A stretch of 64,000 nt of DNA from a bacterium (lineage in GTDB: Bacteria; UBA8248; JACPRG01; G963555815): contig OZ244653.1 of the NCBI GenBank assembly GCA_965218795.1, positions 2,400,001 through 2,464,000 of the forward strand, read 5' to 3'. The notes beneath the pieces were generated by a model. It was not told the DNA's origin. It saw nothing but the letters and a program-made list of their open reading frames with translations, and ran no database searches. Every line of letters starts with the position of its first letter. Position 1 is the stretch's first letter. Shown here in pieces: positions 55,725-64,000 of this stretch. The position numbers and the translations under genes were made by a program.

Positions 55725-56654
55725 ATGACGTACGTCTACAGGTATAAGGGGGGGCGGTTTGACCCCGGTGACATCGATATCGTGGAAGAGCGGCCTCTCG
55801 CCCTGGTCGTGAACGGGGTCGAACTGGCCACTCTGATGGCGACGCCCCTTCAGCTCGATGCGCTGGTTCTGGGTTTCCTGTATTTCGAGCGGATCATCAC
55901 CGACGTGGATCAGGTCAAGTCGATCGGCGTGGACCTGGAGGACGCCACCGCGGACGTCGATCTCCATATCCCATTCGAGCGTCCGGACAAGCGGGTCGTG
56001 ACGACCGGCTGCACGGGCGGCGTTAGCTTCCATTTGGGGATGACGGACTACCCGCCCGTCGATTCCGATCTCCAACTGAAGCCCGAATGCGTTCAGCCAA
56101 TGATCCGGGCGTTGTACGCCTCGGCCCAGCTGTACCGGCGCTCCCGAGGCATCCACGCCGCTGCTCTGGCCGAGGTCTCCCACGTGGACGGGGACGAGCT
56201 CCTCATCACCGCGGAGGATGTCGGACGGCACAACGCAGTGGACAAGATTCAAGGCGAAGCGCTGGCGCGCGGTCTCCGGACAGAAGGCCGGGTCCTCCTC
56301 TCGACGGGCCGTATCTCCTCTGAGATGCTCCGCAAGGGCGCCCGGATGCTCACGCCCTTCATCATCTCCCGGACTTCTCCCACGTCGCTCGCCGTGGACA
56401 TGGCGAAGCGGATCGGCATCACCCTGATTGGCTACGTGAGAAATCAGGCCTTCAACGTCTACAGCCATCCGCACCGGATCGACTATGTCCGGCCCAAGGG
56501 AAAGCGCCCCGCCCCCCACCGGCTCGCCTTCGCATCCTTTCATCCCTCCCCCAAGGGGGAGGGCCAGGGTGGGGGGTGCGAAGCCTCGCCGACTCCCCCT
56601 CAAGGGGGGAGTGCGGTGGGCGGGGCCGCGGCCCACGGGTCCGGTTCCGACTGA
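55725..56654 (+). CDS. fdhD: Formate dehydrogenase accessory sulfurtransferase with repeat-derived tail
   Basis: EERPL, TGCTG, GIHAA, EDVGRHNAVDK, TGRISSEM. Confidence 0.92.
   Translation: MTYVYRYKGGRFDPGDIDIVEERPLALVVNGVELATLMATPLQLDALVLGFLYFERIITDVDQVKSIGVDLEDATADVDLHIPFERPDKRVVTTGCTGGVSFHLGMTDYPPVDSDLQLKPECVQPMIRALYASAQLYRRSRGIHAAALAEVSHVDGDELLITAEDVGRHNAVDKIQGEALARGLRTEGRVLLSTGRISSEMLRKGARMLTPFIISRTSPTSLAVDMAKRIGITLIGYVRNQAFNVYSHPHRIDYVRPKGKRPAPHRLAFASFHPSPKGEGQGGGCEASPTPPQGGSAVGGAAAHGSGSD
56511..56613. repeat. Composite palindromic repeat inside the fdhD 3' end
   Basis: 56588-56613 is identical to 6629-6654; both are preceded by CCCCCCACCGGCTCG. Confidence 0.85.
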
Positions 56655-56758
56655 TGCCGTGGCCTGGTTCCCAGGTTCCCACCGGTATCGTGTAGCCGGC
56701 CGGAGAAAATCATCATCATCCCCGATCCGTCACGCTGGATATCAGGGAAGGGTTCTGA

Positions 56759-58141
56759 ATGAAAACCCCTGAGTTGGCGGTCCGAGGCGGCCGTGTGTTT
56801 CTGGACTCAGGACCGATCGAAGCGGACGTCTACATCCGGGGAGAGCGAATCGCCGCGATCACCTCGCCGGGACGAGGAGCCCAGGTGCGGGAGACGATCG
56901 AAGCGCGCGGCCTCTGCGTTTTCCCGGGCCTGGTGGACCTCCACGTCCATTTCCGGGAGCCGGGCCTCACCCACAAGGAGGATTTCGGCAGCGGATCGCG
57001 AGCCGCCTTGGCGGGCGGGGTCACGACGGTTTTCGATATGCCCAACGTTCAACCCGCGACCACCACCCCGCCGGTCTTCCGGGAAAAGCTCCTCACGGCC
57101 ATTTCCAAAGCGCACTGCGATTTCGGTCTATGGGCCGGCGGGACGGACGGGGGCGTCTATCCTGCGTTCGCCGATCTCGGCGCGGTCGGAGTAAAAATTT
57201 ACCAGCAGCAGTTGGCCAAGATCAGGGGGAACGCTTACTTCCGGGAGTTATTCTGTACCGAAGAAGACGCGCTGCTGGAGGTCTTCCAATCGGCCGCACG
57301 GGCCCGCCTGCCCATATGCCTCCATGCGGGTACCCCCTCTATGGAGACGATTGAACGAGAGCGGCTCCGGCGGGCGGGCCGCCGCCGGATGAAAGACCTG
57401 GACGGTCTTCGGCGGGTTCCCGCGGCGAGTCTGGGGACGGCGAAATGCATCCATTTGGCGGAGGCGACGGGCGCGCGGCTTCACATCGCCCACATCTCCT
57501 TGTCGGGCCCCGAAACCCTTGACCTCGTTCGGCGGGCGAAGCGAAGGGGCGCTCACGTGACCGCCGAGTGCCCCCCGGTGGGCCTCACGCTGGAGGGCTT
57601 GGAGCGTATCGGTCCGTACGGCTTGCCCTTCGCCCTGCCGAGAAAAGAGGTTGCCTTATACTGGCAAGCCATGGCGGACGGGACCATTGATGCCGTGGGC
57701 ACGGACCACGCCCCGCACGCGAGAGAGGAGAAGCTCCGCGGAAAAGACGACGTATGGGAAGCCCCGACGGGTTACCCGGGGCTGGAGGTTTCCCTGGCCA
57801 TCGGGTTGCAGCAGGTCGAAAAGCGAACCCTCAGCCTGGAACGCCTGGTCGAATTGATGAGCGCAACTCCCGCGAAGATTGCCGGATTGTATCCACGCAA
57901 GGGGTCCATCCGGGTCGGGTCCGATGCCGACCTGACGCTCGTGGACCCGGATGCGGTCTGGACCGTGGAGGCCCGGAAGATGGAGTCCCGGGCGGGTTGG
58001 TCGCCGTTCGAGGGAAGAAGGTTGAAGGGCCGGGCCGTGGGTGTCGTCCTGCGGGGCCGGGAGGCCATGCGCGACGGCGAGATTCTCCTCCGGCCGGGCG
58101 ACGGCCGGTATCTTGGTTTGTCTGCGAAGGAAATGGCATAG
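56759..58141 (+). CDS. Dihydroorotase/allantoinase-family cyclic amidohydrolase
   Basis: PGLVDLHVH, GGVTT..DMPN, TDHAPH, GSDAD. Confidence 0.88.
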   Translation: MKTPELAVRGGRVFLDSGPIEADVYIRGERIAAITSPGRGAQVRETIEARGLCVFPGLVDLHVHFREPGLTHKEDFGSGSRAALAGGVTTVFDMPNVQPATTTPPVFREKLLTAISKAHCDFGLWAGGTDGGVYPAFADLGAVGVKIYQQQLAKIRGNAYFRELFCTEEDALLEVFQSAARARLPICLHAGTPSMETIERERLRRAGRRRMKDLDGLRRVPAASLGTAKCIHLAEATGARLHIAHISLSGPETLDLVRRAKRRGAHVTAECPPVGLTLEGLERIGPYGLPFALPRKEVALYWQAMADGTIDAVGTDHAPHAREEKLRGKDDVWEAPTGYPGLEVSLAIGLQQVEKRTLSLERLVELMSATPAKIAGLYPRKGSIRVGSDADLTLVDPDAVWTVEARKMESRAGWSPFEGRRLKGRAVGVVLRGREAMRDGEILLRPGDGRYLGLSAKEMA

Positions 58142-58260
58142 ACGATGGAGAGCTTCTCATGATGGGTATGCCGGCCTGGGCGAAGGGGCATCGGCCCGCG
58201 CGATGGTTTTTGAGGATTCACGGCTCTTCACTTTGACCCGTGTAGAAAGGAGTCAAGACG

Positions 58261-58989
58261 ATGGCGGTCTGGGATGAATTTTTGACCCCGTTGGACGCGC
58301 AGGTTTTTGAAAATGCGGGTTTTTCCCAGAAAGGCGATCTGGGAGACCGTCCGGCGATTCTGATCGTGGACATGGTGTACAACTTCGTCGGCGATAAGCC
58401 CGAGCCGATTTTGGAATCCATCAAGAAGTTTCACCACAGCTGCGGGGAGAAGGGCTGGGAGGGAATCCACGCCACCAGGGAGCTGATCGATGAAGCCCGG
58501 GCCGCGAACGTGCCGATTTTCTATTCAACGAATTCCCTGCGGCCCGACGGCGGGGATACGGGTCGGTGGGCGGCCAAGAACCGGCGGGCCCGCGAGATCG
58601 GTCGGCGGGACAGCGATCTGGGAAATCGAATTGTCGAAGAGATCGCGCCGGAGTCGCAGGACTACATCGTTTCGAAGCTCAAACCGAGCATGTTTTTTGG
58701 AACGCCGCTCGTGAGCCTGCTTCGGGGGCTGGAGATTGACACGCTGATCGTGACCGGAACGACGACCAGCGGCTGCGTCCGGGCCACGGTGATCGACGCA
58801 TTTTCATACGAGTACAAACTGGCCATCGTGGAAGAGTGCGTTTTCGACCGGGGCGAAGCGAGTCACGCCATCAACCTGTTCGACATGAACGCGAAATACG
58901 CCGACGTGATTTCCCTCTTGGAAGCCAAGGCTTATCTGGCCGAGGTCCCGGGCCGGAAGGAGGAGCTTCCCCAAGAGAGCCGGGCCTGA
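58261..58989 (+). CDS. Isochorismatase-family amidohydrolase (N-carbamoylsarcosine amidase/maleamate amidase-like)
   Basis: LIVD, KLKPSMFFGT, GTTTSGCVRAT. Confidence 0.88.
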   Translation: MAVWDEFLTPLDAQVFENAGFSQKGDLGDRPAILIVDMVYNFVGDKPEPILESIKKFHHSCGEKGWEGIHATRELIDEARAANVPIFYSTNSLRPDGGDTGRWAAKNRRAREIGRRDSDLGNRIVEEIAPESQDYIVSKLKPSMFFGTPLVSLLRGLEIDTLIVTGTTTSGCVRATVIDAFSYEYKLAIVEECVFDRGEASHAINLFDMNAKYADVISLLEAKAYLAEVPGRKEELPQESRA

Positions 58990-59054
58990 CCGCCGGGGTC
59001 GGACGGGTCTCACCGTACTCCCCGGCCCAAGCGGGTCACCATATGAAATCTCAC

Positions 59055-59102
59055 GCCGTCCCTCTCCCTTTGGGAGAGGGACGGCCGAAGGGCGGGTGAG
59101 GG
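59055..59102. repeat. REP-like palindrome
   Basis: GCCGTCCCTCTCCC-TTT-GGGAGAGGGACGGC followed by GGGTGAGGG. Confidence 0.7.
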
Positions 59103-59162
59103 TGTTCGCCCCCCCGACACGGGATATGAGCCCTCCTGTTGACCCTCCCGCTCCCGTTCGTC

Positions 59163-59219
59163 GTCATTCCCGCCGAGTTGCCCGGTTGGCCCATGGTCTC
59201 TTTCGGACTGGCGGGAATC
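59163..59219. repeat. REP-like element of the GTCATTCCCGC..GCGGGAATC type
   Basis: ATTCCCGCC / GGCGGGAAT inverted repeat. Confidence 0.55.
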
Positions 59220-59390
59220 TGTTCACCGGCCCTCGCGGCCCTTTTCATCATACTCGGCTCATGGTAGGTGGTCTGTCGGCGTAGCCAGAACACGGCGTTG
59301 GAACATCCTGCCTTCTCCAGCCGAATGCCTGTCTCCGGTGGCATGGCCGCATGGACGTTCGGTACGCACGGCTGCCTCACATGCCGGAAT

Positions 59391-59783
59391 TTACAGCAGC
59401 GACACACCCTCAAGCCGCGCCGCCTTCTGATCGAAGGTATAAAGGGGATGAGCCCCGGATCGTTTCGCCGCCGCCAGGATCATCAGGTCAGAAAATCCGG
59501 AGCCACCCGCCCGGTATCGGAACGCTGCGCGGGCTACATCGTCGGCCGCTTCGACCACGAGACCATCGGTCGTCACCAGCTCTTCCAGTATCGTCGCAAT
59601 CCGGGCGCGGGAATAGCCATAGGCCCTCTCCAACACCCAGGAGAGCTCAACCGTTACCTCCCGGCACACGTAGCCGGGCCGACCGGCGGTGAGCGATTCC
59701 AGGAGCCTCCGGGCGGCTTCCGCCTGTTCGGCGTCATCACGTACCAGGTAGCGGACGAGGACGTTGGTATCGACTGCGATCAT
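59391..59783 (-). CDS. vapC: PIN-domain toxin
   Basis: IAVDTNVLVRYL, E.SWVL, FSD, YTFD. Confidence 0.9.
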   Translation of the reverse strand: MIAVDTNVLVRYLVRDDAEQAEAARRLLESLTAGRPGYVCREVTVELSWVLERAYGYSRARIATILEELVTTDGLVVEAADDVARAAFRYRAGGSGFSDLMILAAAKRSGAHPLYTFDQKAARLEGVSLL

Positions 59784-60013
59784 CCCTCGCACGCCCCATC
59801 GGCGATGGCCCGCTCCATTTCCTCCACCGTGACGGCGGGGCCGTCATGCCGGAGGGCGCCGAACAGCCGGCTGATGGGGCGCACGGGCAGAATGCGCACT
59901 TCGCCATCGGCGATAACGTAGCGCACCCGGTCCCCAGCCTGCAGGCCAAGCGACTCCCGCACGGGCTTGGGCAGGGTCGTTTGCCCCTTCTTTGTGACAG
60001 AAGATTCGATCAT
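59780..60013 (-). CDS. vapB: AbrB/MazE-type antitoxin
   Basis: VTKKGQTTLPKPVRESLGL..GD; ATGA coupling to vapC. Confidence 0.88.
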   Translation of the reverse strand: MIESSVTKKGQTTLPKPVRESLGLQAGDRVRYVIADGEVRILPVRPISRLFGALRHDGPAVTVEEMERAIADGACEG

Positions 60014-60036
60014 GACAACTCCTCCTTTGGCCTTTC

Positions 60037-60065
60037 AATATACTGATCGGCCTTACTTTCGTCAA
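60037..60065 (-). promoter_or_regulatory. sigma70 promoter of vapBC
   Basis: TTGACG-17 nt-TATATT. Confidence 0.7.
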
Positions 60066-60194
60066 TGAATAATGGATTTCTTGCAATCTCCGCACCTTCG
60101 CGGCTCATCATCTGCCGGTCTCCCTTTCTTCCCGCCCCACCCGACACCTTTCCCTGCGCGCCGGTAAGTAACCGCTGAGGACCACCTGGGGCGG

Positions 60195-60284
60195 GTGGTC
60201 GAAGCGGAGCACGACCGAGACGAGAACGCGGCGAAAAACATCGCCCGCGCCGCGGCGAAGAAAACGGCGGCGGAAATCCGCTAG
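60195..60284 (+). mobile_element. TnpB (IS605/IS607)-like C-terminal remnant
   Basis: EHDRDENAAKNI matches the RuvC-III motif DRDxNAAxNI. Confidence 0.6.
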
Positions 60285-60425
60285 AAAAAGAGGGGAGAAA
60301 ATGGGGAAAAGTGGCGTGACGCCGTTTTCCGCGATGGCGAAACAGGCGCAATGAAAGGGGAAACAGTTTTATGACCCTGCTGGATGGGTGGTAATCCAGA
60401 CGACACGGAACCTGTTTTTGATTTA

Positions 60426-61158
60426 GGGTCATGCCTAGCTGAGAGTCGAGCTTTACTCCAGAATGCTATGTATGACAATGAAAAACAAGTATGCGAGGCG
60501 TTCAAGGATTTCCGAGGCCAAAGTCCGTGAAGCCGTTCGGTATTTCGCCGCAGATCTCACCGCTGTCCAGGCGGCCGAGTTGAGCGGATTGAACCGGAAC
60601 ACGGTGAACCGTCTATACCGCGCTCTGCGGGAACGCATCCTGCTAGCTTGTGAGGCGCAACGCCCTGTGTTCGGTGTGGTCGAGGTAGACGAAAGTCTCT
60701 TCGGCACTCGCCGCGTGAAGGGCAGGCGCGGGCGTGGAGCCTATGGCAAAACGACCGTCTTTGGTATCTTCGAACGTGAGGGACAGGTCTATACGGAGAT
60801 CGTCTCGGATTGCTCAAAGCCCACACTGCAAGGGATCATCCGCGGCAAGGTGGACCTGAACACCGTCGTCAACACGGACAACTGGCGTGGCTACAACGGC
60901 TTGGTCGAGCTCGGATACGGCCACTTCCGGGTCGACCATTGCTTTGATGAGTTCACTTGCGGTGCCGTCCACATCAACGGCATCGAAGGCTTCTGGGGAC
61001 TGGCCAAGGTTCGGCTGGCAAAATTCAAGGGCCTGCCCAAACACACCTTCCACCTCCATCTCAAAGAAACCGAGTGGCGCTACAATTATCGCCATTCCAA
61101 CAAATACAAAACCCTGTTAACCTACCTGCGAGAAAATCCCATCAGCTAGGCATGACCC
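60426..61158 (+). mobile_element. IS1595-family insertion sequence, 733 bp
   Basis: Perfect 17-bp TIR GGGTCATGCCTAGCTGA; no target duplication visible. Confidence 0.9.
60472..61149 (+). CDS. IS1595 transposase
   Basis: VEVDES, TDNWRGY, HINGIEGFW, LKETEWRYN. Confidence 0.9.
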   Translation: MTMKNKYARRSRISEAKVREAVRYFAADLTAVQAAELSGLNRNTVNRLYRALRERILLACEAQRPVFGVVEVDESLFGTRRVKGRRGRGAYGKTTVFGIFEREGQVYTEIVSDCSKPTLQGIIRGKVDLNTVVNTDNWRGYNGLVELGYGHFRVDHCFDEFTCGAVHINGIEGFWGLAKVRLAKFKGLPKHTFHLHLKETEWRYNYRHSNKYKTLLTYLRENPIS

Positions 61159-61162
61159 ATCG

Positions 61163-61203
61163 AAAAAAAAGAAGCCCGACCCGGCAACTCCGCCGGACCG
61201 GGC
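61163..61203 (-). terminator. Rho-independent terminator
   Basis: GC stem 61174-61203 with an A8 tract on the plus strand. Confidence 0.65.
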
Positions 61204-61223
61204 CTGTTCTCTCTATACTTGAG

Positions 61224-61350
61224 CTACTCGATATTGAAATCGGGCAAGGCGTAGGGGTAGGCATTGCGAACCCGGTCGCATTTTTCCTGGCCGAGTTTTC
61301 GGATGGCCTCCTGCATTTCATCCGAGGTCGCGTGGCGCTCGAGGATCAGG
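61224..61350 (-). pseudogene. 3' remnant of an unknown gene abutting the IS5 fragment
   Basis: LILERHATSDEMQEAIRKLGQEKCDRVRNAYPYALPDFNIE*, followed by the terminator. Confidence 0.4.
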
Positions 61351-61707
61351 CGGCCGTTCCGTCGGGATGGACCTTGACGAGGGTGCTGTCCAGCGACACC
61401 GCCTCGAGCTTGATGCGCACGATCCGTTCCCGCTGCAGCTGCTCGAAGACCCGGTCGATCACCCCGTTCTTGGACCAGCGGTTCATCCGGGTGTAGATGG
61501 TGTGCCAGTTGCCGAACCGGGTCGGCAGCCCCCGCCACTTGCAGCCATGCTCGGCGACGTACAGGATGGCGTTGAGCACTTGCAGGTTCGACAGGCTGAC
61601 GTTGCCGCGTTGCACCGGCAGGGAGGGTGCAATGCGTTCGTACTGAGCTTGGGTGATCTCCATCCGCAAAGGATAACATGATCTCAACCATTAGTGCTAA
61701 CAGGCCC
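61346..61707 (-). mobile_element. Truncated IS5-family element (orfA and left end)
   Basis: NAILYVAEHGCKWRGLPTRFGNWHTIY..SLDST; end GGGCCTGTTAGCACT at a CTAG site. Confidence 0.85.
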
Positions 61708-61939
61708 TAGTCGAGGCGAGGAAGTGGAACCGTCTCGAAGCGTTTTCCGTGGAGCGTGCAAGGGTCCAAACAAATGACGAAACCATAACCGAACTGGTTG
61801 AAATCCTGAGCCCCATACTGGCTCCCTTCCGGCAACCAAATTCGGACCGGATCGGCAGGAGATAACCCTGCCGGGTACGGATACCGAGCGTCCATTCCTC
61901 GATCTGCTGCTGGATCGAGGAATGGACGCGTCGATCTTG

Positions 61940-62119
61940 ACGTTCGAATTGGTCAACGCAGAGACCTAATTGCTTTACGCCTCGGACTGGCCCCACCAGG
62001 ACTTCGACCTGCCGAGCACGATCTTCGATCTCCCCTTCCTCTCGGAACGGGCGAAGCGGAACATCCTGGGCGAGAACGCCCTGAAGCTGTTTAATCTGGA
62101 AAGGCCGGAGGGAAAATAA
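61940..62119 (+). pseudogene. Amidohydrolase_2 C-terminal remnant
   Basis: NAET*LLYASDWPHQDFDLP..NILGENALKLF. Confidence 0.75.
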
Positions 62120-62369
62120 GAAAGAGGTCGTACCACCGAGATTTGAACCACGCATCCCTGATTCATGTCCGCCTTCAGGGTCTCCTCATGACCCGGGGCG
62201 TTTTGAAACCCAAAAAATTAACCGGGCTAGCTACGGATTCACACCTCGAGAGGACCAACACCCTAAGGGGTAGGAAGCCGTTTTTCGCGACTGACATGCG
62301 GCGCTAGGCACCCAGACCTGACTCCAATGTTCCCCTTCCCAAATGTCGCCTCTCTCAGCTAGAACAAGA

Positions 62370-62398
62370 TTGACAATTTGTAGATGAATGGGTTAATG
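62370..62398 (+). promoter_or_regulatory. Candidate sigma70 promoter
   Basis: TTGACA followed by GTTAAT in an AT-rich region upstream of the SBP gene. Confidence 0.4.
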
Positions 62399-62566
62399 CT
62401 TTAGGAGAAAATAAATGGTTTACTGGAAGGGTTCGTTCTCTGTTCAGAAAGGGGAGTTTTTGTTCATACCGGCACTGTATATCCGAAATGGCGTGTTCGA
62501 TTGGAACAACCATAATTGATTCAAGCATGTAGGTTTCATCCGAAAGGACGAAAGGGGGATAGGAAG

Positions 62567-63577
62567 ATGGGTTCGTCGAAACGTACTTCCATTCAAATAT
62601 TAGGAGCCTTCTTTTGTGTCTGGGCCCTGATCCTCAGTACGGGTATCACCGCCCAATCGTTAGAAAAGGTCCAATTCCAACACGCCTGGATCTGGCAGCC
62701 CAACATCAGCCCTTATTGGGCGGCCATCAAGAATGGCTACTTTAAGGAAGAAGGACTAGACGTCAATTTCGTCGAGGGAAAAGGCTCTGCTTACGCCATC
62801 CAGCGGGTGGCGGCTGAAAAATCGGATGTCGGCGTGTCCGACCTTGGAGCGGCCGCCTTTGCCATTTCCCGAGGAATACCCGTTAAGGCAATCCTTTGCG
62901 AGCTGCAAACAGGGCCCCAAGGGATCGTGTCTCACAAGGATACCGGCATCAAGACACCGAAGGACCTTGAGGGGAAAAGACTGGGATTCTCCCCGGGGGA
63001 TAGCGCCTGGATACTGTTCCCTGCCTTCACGAGCGCCAATGGGGTCAACGCCTCCCGTGTGAATTCGGTGAGCGCCGAGCCGGCCTCGTTGCCCAAGGCC
63101 CTCCTCGCGAGAAACGTGGACGCCATTCTCACGTACTTCACAAGCGTTCCGGAATTCTCCGACAGGGGTGGCGGCACCCCTTTGACTTACCTCCGGTACG
63201 CTGACCACAATGTCAATCTCCTTGGCCTTGGCCTCGTCGCCCATACGAAAACCATTTCCGAGCGACCCAAAATGCTCCGGGGGTTCGTACGGGCCAGCCA
63301 GAGGGGTTTTGCCTGGGCCCTTAAAAACCCCGGCAAGACAATCGATATCCTGATGAACGTGGCTCCGCTGACCGTGACAAAGAAGAAAATCGCCATGCAG
63401 AATCTGAATCTGTCTCTGGGGCTTCTGCACACAAAGCGGTCAAAGGGCAAACCCATCGGATGGATGGCCAAAGGGGATTGGGAGCAGACGGTCGGGCTGT
63501 TGGCGAAATACCGGAAAATGAAGGCGCTCCCCGTGGACCGGTACTATACCAACGAGTTCATTGCAAAGAACGACTGA
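62567..63577 (+). CDS. ABC substrate-binding protein, NMT1/THI5-like
   Basis: Signal peptide, AIKNGYFKEEGLDV..GKGS, GIKTPKDLEGK, YYTNEF. Confidence 0.87.
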   Translation: MGSSKRTSIQILGAFFCVWALILSTGITAQSLEKVQFQHAWIWQPNISPYWAAIKNGYFKEEGLDVNFVEGKGSAYAIQRVAAEKSDVGVSDLGAAAFAISRGIPVKAILCELQTGPQGIVSHKDTGIKTPKDLEGKRLGFSPGDSAWILFPAFTSANGVNASRVNSVSAEPASLPKALLARNVDAILTYFTSVPEFSDRGGGTPLTYLRYADHNVNLLGLGLVAHTKTISERPKMLRGFVRASQRGFAWALKNPGKTIDILMNVAPLTVTKKKIAMQNLNLSLGLLHTKRSKGKPIGWMAKGDWEQTVGLLAKYRKMKALPVDRYYTNEFIAKND

Positions 63578-63716
63578 ACCGTCTCGCAAGCTGCGAGTTT
63601 TTAAGGGTTCAAAGAAGAAGAGAGCCACCGGAAAAGAGGAATGTGGGTGTACCCTGCTCTGAATGGAGAAGGCTGGGTAGTGCCCCCACTCCGGCCGTCG
63701 GGGTAGGAGAAGGGAG

Positions 63717-64000
63717 ATGGATGCCAACGTGGACCAAGCCTGGGAAATGCCGGTCCAGATTATGGACACGGTAACCGACACACGAGAGATCCTGGCGCAC
63801 GCCAAGAAACAGGCCGAGGAACGGAACCTACAGGACTATGTCATCTTTGACGTAGACTCCCACATCGTTGAATCCCTCCGTTGGGACGATGTCGCCCAAT
63901 ACATCGATGACCCCGTCATCCGTGAACAGGCATTGACCTCGGAACGGGGGGCCCCCTATGGCCTGAACAGCACTCCAGGGCTTCTATACCAGGACGTGGG
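63717..64000 (+). CDS. Amidohydrolase family protein, 5' part
   Basis: GGGAG RBS; ..DTREILAHAK..VIFDVDSHIVE; open to the edge. Confidence 0.75.
   Translation, partial: MDANVDQAWEMPVQIMDTVTDTREILAHAKKQAEERNLQDYVIFDVDSHIVESLRWDDVAQYIDDPVIREQALTSERGAPYGLNSTPGLLYQDV

Overview
High-GC bacterial window with a mosaic of accessory DNA and catabolic genes, and many gene remnants. 347-10052 (minus) is an unusual type I restriction-modification locus: intact hsdM, a small ORF, a HEPN (HI0074/HepT-like) gene, then an hsdS fused N-terminally to a minimal nucleotidyltransferase (MntA-like). A DUF559 (Vsr-like) nuclease cassette flanked by palindromic repeats sits in frame between the two HsdS TRDs. Downstream are unknown ORFs, a DUF4143-ATPase remnant and an hsdR broken in two places. 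The middle holds amide/N-heterocycle catabolic genes, a zur-znuCB/znuA locus with a Zur box, an acyl-CoA ligase, a TonB receptor and a HAD-phosphodiesterase-like fusion. 44699-46591 holds two tandem GrdB/PrdB-like selenoprotein genes with in-frame UGA (UxxC) and SECIS-like hairpins, one intact and one decayed; the ORF track splits both. The right end has a molybdenum hydroxylase operon, recD2, fdhD, vapBC, a full IS1595 and remnants of IS481, RAYT, TnpB and IS5. All family calls come from motif recognition by eye; no searches were run.
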